The position numbers and the translations under genes are program-made. From assembly GCF_006345805.1 (NCBI RefSeq), contig NW_021829827.1:1-5770 (forward strand): a stretch of DNA of 5,770 nt, read 5' to 3'. The number at the start of each line of letters is the position of its first letter. Position 1 is the stretch's first letter. This stretch comes from Octopus sinensis. Lineage: Eukaryota. Shown here one piece after another: positions 1-5,770 of this stretch. The notes beneath the pieces are model-generated. The model had not been told where the DNA came from. It saw only the letters and a list, made by a program, of their open reading frames with translations, and made no database searches.

Positions 1-165
1 ACACACACACACCACACACACAAGAAAACATGTGCACAATCCATATTAATATATATATGAACATATAGGTGCAGATACATACATACATATATGTATGTAT
101 TAATGCACATGTATATATATATATATATATGTGTGTGTACATGCGTGTGTGTGTATGTGTGTGTA
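1..165. repeat. Compound microsatellite region: (AC)n, (AT)n, (ACAT)n, (GT)n
   Basis: Seen directly: ACACAC at 1-22, ATATAT at ~49-58 and ~112-130, ACATACATAC at ~76-88, GTGTGT at ~131-164. Confidence 0.95.
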
Positions 166-181
166 TTTGCATATTTTTGCA

Positions 182-197
182 TTCAAACATGGATATA
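182..197 (+). repeat. Left TSD of the SINE dimer
   Basis: TTCAAACATGGATATA (182-197) vs TTCAAACATGGTTATA (617-632), 15/16 identical, directly flanking the dimer. Confidence 0.9.
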
Positions 198-384
198 TTT
201 ATTTCTTCATTTCCCGCAGAGGGCTAAGCATAGAGAGGGCAAACAAGGACAGACAAAGGGATTAAGTCGGTTACATCGATCCCAGTGCGTCACTGGTACT
301 TATTTAATCGACCCCGAAAAGGATGAAAGGCAGTGTCGACCTCGGCGGAATTTGAACTCAGAATGCAGCGGCAGACGAAATACC
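198..384 (-). mobile_element. tRNA-derived SINE, family 1, tail type A; headless second monomer of a dimer (copy 1)
   Basis: Near-identical to 383-565 and to the reverse complement of 2065-2242. Keeps the B box (plus strand GGAATTTGAAC 347-357 = GTTCAAATTCC on minus) but lacks the A-box head. Joins copy 2 at GAAATACC/TATTTT (~377-390). Confidence 0.9.
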
Positions 385-614
385 TATTTTTTACTACCCA
401 CAAAGGGTTAAACACATAGGTGGCAAACAAGGACAGACAGACGGATTAAGTCGATTATATCGACACCAGTGCGTAACTGGTACTTAATTAATCGACCCCG
501 CAAGGATGAAAGGCAAAGTCGACATCGGCGGAATTTGAACTCAGAACGTAGCAGCATCCGAAATACCGCTGAACATTTCGCTCGACGTGCTCACATTTCT
601 GCCAGCTCGCCGCC
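383..614 (-). mobile_element. tRNA-derived SINE, family 1, tail type A; full-length first monomer (copy 2)
   Basis: Minus strand begins GGCGGCGAGCTGGCAGAAATG (A-box-like, ~592-604), has B box GTTCAAATTCC (530-540), central GTCGACTTTGCCTTTCATCCTTGCGGGGTCGAT and an A-rich 3' end. Resembles abundant octopus SINEs from memory; exact family name not assigned. Confidence 0.92.
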
Positions 615-616
615 TT

Positions 617-632
617 TTCAAACATGGTTATA
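617..632 (+). repeat. Right TSD of the SINE dimer
   Basis: TTCAAACATGGTTATA matches 182-197 at 15/16 positions. Confidence 0.9.
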
Positions 633-1298
633 AGCATGATTGTGATAGGTTCGATATCAAACAGGAACATTTTATTTTTCTTCTATCCCATTTTTCTTTA
701 TAAAATTCCTTGTGATGACCCTTTTTCTCATTGCTAAATGTCCATGTCGTAAGTTCTGACGATACTACAACATAGGTCAAAACCTTTCGCGCAACCATTA
801 ATAAGAACTCCACCCTTCTCTAAAACACATTTCCTGCCGCCCTTTTAGCTTCGGAGGTACGAAATTTTCTGTATTTCATTTTCTTAGGCAGTCATGTCAC
901 TCTGCTTATCGCAATTAAAATTTCCATCGACTGTGTTCCGCTCCAAAAATTTGGAGCTTTGAATTAATTCCATATATAATAGCAAAAGAAAAAGGCTGTA
1001 AGATGGCGCTCATAAAATGACATGCACAACAATTTGACGATAATTTAGTAAACATATTCGCAGACTTCTTAAAGTCTGTCGCAACGTCAGTCACTTAAGA
1101 CTAACAGTGTTTATCCGAAAGATTTTGACATAGATATTAGTAATCTGGAAATGGTTTATTTCAACAGATTAAAGTATTGTTTGCTTCCTCAAAGCTCAGA
1201 CCTTGCTTACCGTTTGCCTAACATTGAACAAACATCACTTAAAGCTTAAAGTCTTACTCTTTGTTTATATATTTCATTTCATATCGTTTTATACATAC

Positions 1299-1340
1299 TA
1301 TTATTATATATATTATATTATATATATATATATATATATA
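1299..1340. repeat. (TA)n/(TAT)n microsatellite
   Basis: Perfect (TA)10 at 1321-1340 preceded by imperfect TAT/TA repeats; abuts the 3' end of the CORE-type SINE. Confidence 0.95.
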
Positions 1341-1342
1341 GT

Positions 1343-1721
1343 GTTTCCGTCATTTATCAACGGCTATTTCTGGGGCTTGAGGAATCTTTAGTCGAAGGAA
1401 TCTACTCCTGTACTGATTATTTTAAACGCGGCACTTATTTTATCCATCACCTTTGCCGAACCACTGCGTTACGGTGATGCAAACACACAAACAACGGTTG
1501 TCAACCGGTGCTGAGGAACATAAATAGATGTGTGTGTGCGTATGTGTGCGTGTGTATACGACTAGCTCCTTTTTGTTTCCGTCTACCAAATTCACTCACA
1601 AGAGTTTGGAAAGCTCTAGGCTACAACAGAAGACACTTGTCCAAAGTGCCCCGCAGTGGGACAAAACCAAGAATCGTTTGTTTTCGATGCTGTGTTCGTA
1701 CAACACAGCCACGCTTGCATC
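1343..1721 (-). mobile_element. Diverged tRNA-derived CORE-type SINE (octopus OR-like) with internal microsatellite
   Basis: Minus strand shows A-box-like TGGCTGTGTTG (1701-1711), degenerate B box GGTTTTGTCCC (1658-1668), then CACTTTGGACAAGTGTCT (1631-1648), similar to the CORE motif ACCTTGGGCAAGT. Internal (TG)n at ~1528-1556. Boundaries are approximate and rest on a recalled consensus. Confidence 0.75.
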
Positions 1722-1983
1722 TCCTTATTGTGTATAATTTGGATGATTTCTTTTCACTCCTAACAGGGGTGATATGCTGTCATATATGGGAAAGTTTCAG
1801 GAAAGGATAGGGTCTTTATCAAATCGTAACACACCTCACTTCACAATTCCGCAACTGAAGTTTATACAGTATTAAGTTTTACGTTTGTTTTCTACAACTC
1901 TCACTGAAAATTAAATGAAATCTGAACAGCGTTTCCTCTATTTTTGTTTCATTGATGCATTTCCCTCTAAATTTAAAAATATT

Positions 1984-2064
1984 ATTTTCTACTCTAAGCT
2001 CAAGGCTCGAAATTTTTGGTGAGTGGTCCAGTCGATAAGATCGACCACAGTATGCAAGTGGTAC
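1984..2064 (-). mobile_element. SINE family 1, tail type B, 3' fragment (copy 3), interrupted by copy 4
   Basis: TTTTCTACTCTAAGCTCAAGGCTCGAAATTTT...CCAGTCGATAAGATCGAC...TGGTAC aligns with 2271-2349. The expected continuation (TTAATTTA) reappears as TCAATTTA at 2246-2253. Confidence 0.85.
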
Positions 2065-2242
2065 GTTTGCCGCTACGTTCTGAGTTCAAATTCCGCCGAG
2101 GTTGACTTTCCCTTTCATCCTTTCGGGGTCGATTAAATAAGTACCAGTTACGCACTGGGGTCGATATAATCGACTTAATCCCTTTGTCTGTCCTTGTTTG
2201 CCCTCTCTATGTTTAGCCCCTTGTGTGTAGTAAAGAAATAGG
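2065..2242 (+). mobile_element. SINE family 1, tail type A, headless (copy 4)
   Basis: Reverse complement of copies 1 and 2. B box GTTCAAATTCC at 2084-2094. Ends TAGTAAAGAAATAGG. Flanked by GGTAC at 2060-2064 and 2241-2245. Confidence 0.92.
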
Positions 2243-2269
2243 TACTCAATTTAGAACTATAAAAATATT

Positions 2270-2471
2270 CTTTTCTACATTAGGCACAAGGTCCGAAATT
2301 TTGGGGAGGAGGCCAGTAGATTAGATCGATCTTAGTATGGAACTGGTACTTAATTTATTGACCCCGAAGGGATGAAAGGGAACATCGGCCTTGGCGGAAT
2401 TTGAACTCAGAACGTAAAGACAGACGAAATGCATTTCGCCCGGCGTGCCAATGTTCCTGCCAGCTAGCCGC
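2270..2471 (-). mobile_element. SINE family 1, tail type B, near full length with TSD (copy 5)
   Basis: Head GCGGCTAGCTGGCAGGAAC on minus, B box at 2396-2406, shared central domain. About 8 nt deleted at ~2430 relative to copy 2. Flanked by GAACTATAAAAATATT (2254-2269) and GAACTGTAAAATATT (2476-2490). Confidence 0.9.
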
Positions 2472-3257
2472 TTTTGAACTGTAAAATATTACAATCAAAA
2501 TAGGGTAGATACTACGTGGTGTGGGAGGATTCCGACCATGCCCATGTGACTAAAAGTGGACTGACACATTGCTATAGAATAAAATATTGTGGGCTGTTCA
2601 CTGTGAGCCGTTGACAGAATCGTTTAACCTTGTGCAACGGTAATAGTAGAGCGTCGTGTGAATACTTTCTTTCCCCCTCCTTCATTGAATTATATGTCCA
2701 ACACCAGGATATAAAGTTACCATTCAGTTAATTGAGCACCAAATGATGTTATATGAAGTGAAGAGCGTAACGAAATATCGAATATAAGCGGAAGTAACAG
2801 ATACGGCGTAGAAGAGTGAACTCTGATCGCAGAGGACTAACATGGCTTCGATTGTTAAAGTGCACGGAGCTCAAAAGCAACAGATACTTGCATACATATG
2901 TTCATGCATGTATATATAATTGGGAGTAGAAACATCCAAGTCATCTCAAGATCGATGCATGATAAACCTTATTTTTTGAAAATGTATCATACATTGATTC
3001 TGAAAAGATGAAGTCTTATGAAATATCTGAAATAACCAACAGGTAGTTCTCTTTATATAGTTATTATAAACCACTTCTTGATCGCCATTTAAATACCTCA
3101 TTTTGCCAACAAAGCAACAATGAAAAATACTGAAATTTTTTAACTTTGAACTTCTCTCTTAAAACTAAATATTGCCTGATTAGCTGACAATATTTACTGA
3201 ATATTCACTAATTAAGCATGATATAGTTAAATTGTAAACGTTTTGTTTTATACGATA

Positions 3258-3777
3258 CTAGCAGTATCGCCCGGCGTTGCTCGGGTTTGTAAGGGAAATA
3301 ACTATATAAGCATTTTTAGAGAGTTAATTTCTTTATAGATGCCAATTCGGGCTTTCTTAGCCATTTCTGTTTTAGTGTCTTCAAGCCATGAAGTCGTTGT
3401 TCTAAAAGAACGCTGGTCTCCTTGACAACGCATTACGACGTTGATTTCCTTACACTCCCTTCCCCACAGGCTTCACGAGGGAGGGAAGAAGGGGGAAAGC
3501 AAACAAACACAGGTGCAGGTGTTTGAGCGTGGACGCCAAACCCGCCGCCATCGACACACGAAAAATATACATTAAAATGAATAAAAAAATGATGTTAAAT
3601 TATTTTTAAAATCGTAGACTCATCGTAGACGCGCGCTAATAGCCAGACGGGCTCGATATTAATCACGACTATAAGATACCCGAATTTGGTTAAACTGCAC
3701 CGCAAAATGTGGGAGGAGTTAGGAATCTAAATCGTAGGAGACAGACACTCACACAACTACAGTTTTATATATATAGA
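3258..3777 (-). mobile_element. Non-autonomous Helitron, 520 bp, both termini intact
   Basis: Minus strand reads A|TCTATATATATAAAA...CCCGAGCAACGCCGGG-CGATACTG-CTAG|T: 5' TC, 3' CTAG, GC-rich hairpin (3270-3285) 8 nt before the CTAG, insertion between A and T, no TSD. These are canonical Helitron hallmarks. Short TGTCTGTCT tract near the 5' end. No RepHel ORF. Confidence 0.88.
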
Positions 3778-3802
3778 TTTCAACTTCTATAATACGTTGG
3801 GA

Positions 3803-3999
3803 TTATAGACGTGAAATTTAGAGGCGAGAGGAATATTCAATTACGTCAAACCAGTGCTGGACGGCTACAAATTTTATCGACCCTCGAAAGGAAGAGAGGC
3901 CAGTCGACCTGAAGAATATTTGTAATCAGAACGTAAAACCAGATCAAATACCGCTGAGCATATTGTCAGACATGCAAAGTATTCTCACAGTTCGCTACC
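3803..3999 (-). mobile_element. Old, diverged SINE family 1 copy (copy 6)
   Basis: Colinear remnants TTTTATCGACCCTCGAAAGGAAGAGAGGCCAGTCGACCT, TCAGAACGTAAA, AAATACCGCTGAGCAT and CAGTTCGCTACC match copies 2 and 5. B box decayed; left boundary approximate. Confidence 0.8.
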
Positions 4000-4802
4000 T
4001 TAAACTCAATTTCCAAAATAAGTACTATATTATTTAGAGACGCTTAATTCGCATTGAGTGTAAAGAACATCTTAAATACAGTCTAAGTGGTAGACGCTTA
4101 TTTTTATATTTACTACTGAAAATTAACCACAAACCATTTCGAGTCGTATGAATATTTATGGCATAGTACTACTACACACCATCTAATGTACATAGAAATA
4201 AACTTCGTGTTTAATTAAAAGAACTTAGAGTTCCTACTTATTTATCATTTGTGTATTGTGTAACTAACAACATTTTATGCCGATGCATAAAATTTTATTT
4301 TCCTACGCAACTTCAAAATCACTGTCTTTAATTAACTTGTTATTTTATTGCATATTTACAGAACTATTTTTACAACCCCGCTCACCTTTCTAACTCTGAG
4401 TAAGCGATTACCGAATAACACATTTTATATAATACCTTGTCTCTTCAAAATTCTGTTTGAACAACTGTTCGATAAATCCTAATATAACACTCCAAAATTA
4501 AATCACAGAATAGCTGAATCCCCACCTAAATTAAAACACGACCAATTGTTATACTCAGCATCTGTATTGATGTAATATCCACGAGCTTGTTCAGATTTTA
4601 CGTCTTAACAGCCGTTTCGAATATTAAAATAATAGGTATTGAGCTATCACTTTTTTGTTTCGTTCTTATACACATGGTTAATGATATCGATTTATCCATT
4701 TTTATGAATAAGTTTAGCATAAAATCTATACGTTACAGCATAAACATTTACATATTAGCGCAATGTTTTGCGTTCATATAACATCTTTATGCGGTGTATT
4801 AC

Positions 4803-4992
4803 TTCAGATTTTGGCACATGCTAAGCGATTTTAGGGTGACCGAGTTGAGCGCGGAGTCATTCGATTACGCCAACTCCAGTAATTGTCTAGTAGAATATTT
4901 TATCGAGCCCAAAAGAATTATTTTCTAGGAGCCTAAGTTGATTTTGGTGGGATTTTAGCTAAGAACGCAAAAAGCCGAAGAAATTTGCTAGA
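4803..4992 (-). mobile_element. Highly diverged, 5'-truncated SINE family 1 copy (copy 7)
   Basis: Colinear remnants TTTGGCACA, TCGATTACGCCAACTCCAGT, TATTTTATCGAGCCCAAAAGAAT, AAGTTGATTTTGGTGGGATTTTAGCTAAGAACGCAAA; many CpG-to-TpG/CpA type changes relative to the younger copies. Confidence 0.65.
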
Positions 4993-5005
4993 AATAGCAG
5001 TCATA

Positions 5006-5060
5006 TTTCCCTCCTCTCTATCTTTCTCTTTCTATCTCTATTTCTTTATTTCTCTTTCTT

Positions 5061-5096
<36 letters not shown>

Positions 5097-5115
5097 TTCT
5101 CTTATCTTTTCTTTC
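5006..5115. repeat. (CT)n-rich polypyrimidine microsatellite
   Basis: About 110 nt of almost pure C/T with perfect (CT)n runs at ~5062-5096. Confidence 0.95.
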
Positions 5116-5549
5116 GAGTCACAACGAACAAAAATGTCACATTGGCTGATATAATCAGATATTTCCCGAAAAGATGAGATAGTCATGGCTGGCAGGTCGT
5201 TCATTATACTATGTAACACGATTTTCGTCCTTGGCTAGCAAATCTTATTTTCTATTCGCTTATCCCTAGAAAGTATGAAAAATGGCGTAGCGTGTTCTGC
5301 GGACTATTGACTATTCTCACAGGTCTCCGTCTTTAAACATCTTTACATAATGGTACGCGATTTCGCATTTTTCTATATTGGTCATATACTGTATTTTAGA
5401 GTTAAAAAGCAACGAAATATGGCTTTGCATGGGTTTCTGTATTGCCGAGAAGTGTAGAGAACAATACAGAACAATATTACGAGAAAGGTCTTGAACAAAG
5501 GTGATGAAAAACAAAGGTGCGGATCGTATGTCTTGCGTTCAGGTGAATG

Positions 5550-5629
5550 CGTGCATGTGTTATCGTGTGTTCGCTGGTGTGTATATATGTGTGGGGGGTG
5601 CCTCTGTGTAGGTGTGTTTGTGTGTGTGT
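5550..5629. repeat. Degenerate (TG)n microsatellite
   Basis: Interrupted GTGTGT tracts seen directly. Confidence 0.75.
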
Positions 5630-5770
5630 TTTTAAGCAGATGAAAGCATCACGACAATGGATTCGAGGGAAGATAGAACACGTAATTTTCGGTAAATGGA
5701 GTACACTTAAAACAGTAAATTCGATTTAAAATATAATCTAAATTTGAAATCAAGTTTACTATTTCAATTG

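Noticed and set aside
91-411. 106-aa ORF on plus
   Set aside because: Translation of a microsatellite (YIYI, VCVC) plus antisense SINE; database hits to such peptides would likely be spurious gene models.
525-614. Possible tRNA gene (A and B boxes)
   Set aside because: It is the tRNA-derived head of a SINE, continuing into body, tail and TSD; no complete cloverleaf evident.
198-614. Hammerhead retrozyme or CRISPR-like array as explanation for the tandem ~180-nt units
   Set aside because: No CUGANGA...GAAA hammerhead core found by eye on either strand, and no repeat-spacer structure or cas genes; eukaryotic SINE context explains the repeat.
488-813. Minus-strand ORFs of 60 and 61 aa
   Set aside because: One reads through the SINE; the other is short, has no ATG start and no recognisable domain.
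1203-1810. ORFs 1203-1391, 1508-1810 and 1528-1737
   Set aside because: Derived from (TA)n/(TG)n repeats and the antisense CORE-type SINE.
2786-2920. GCGGAAGT (ETS-like) motif, small CTCTG/CAGAG hairpin and a 25-codon ATG ORF (MASIVKVHG...)
   Set aside because: Each element is short and expected by chance; no convincing splice donor or other gene support.
2990-3015. TGATTCTGAAAAGATGAAG, a possible further SINE remnant
   Set aside because: Match to GACCCCGAAAGGATGAAAG is too short and lacks convincing colinear flanks.
5323-5542. Possible plus-strand exon (acceptors CTCACAG at 5322 or TTTTAG at 5399; donor CAG|GTGAAT at 5542)
   Set aside because: All three frames contain stops within 5400-5542; a non-coding exon cannot be supported without RNA data.
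4587-5729. ORFs 4587-4781, 5317-5514 and 5547-5729
   Set aside because: Short, AT-rich or microsatellite-derived, with no recognisable motif.

Overview
Non-coding, repeat-rich, AT-rich eukaryotic DNA (intronic or intergenic). The repeat families match my recollection of octopus (coleoid cephalopod) SINEs; the organism is an inference, not a database result. No credible protein-coding gene is present: most listed ORFs run through microsatellites or SINEs. Contents: (i) seven copies or fragments of one tRNA-derived SINE family with more than one 3' tail type, including a head-to-tail dimer inside a single 16-bp target-site duplication (TSD; 182-632) and a nested, inverted cluster (1984-2490); (ii) a CORE-type tRNA-derived SINE (~1343-1721, minus); (iii) a 520-bp non-autonomous Helitron with both termini intact (3258-3777, minus); (iv) several microsatellites. 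The most unusual signal is a recurrent 'headless' SINE monomer: two separate copies start at almost the same GGTA position and share diagnostic bases, which suggests a dimeric or multimeric source transcript. I see no evidence of a new protein-coding system.
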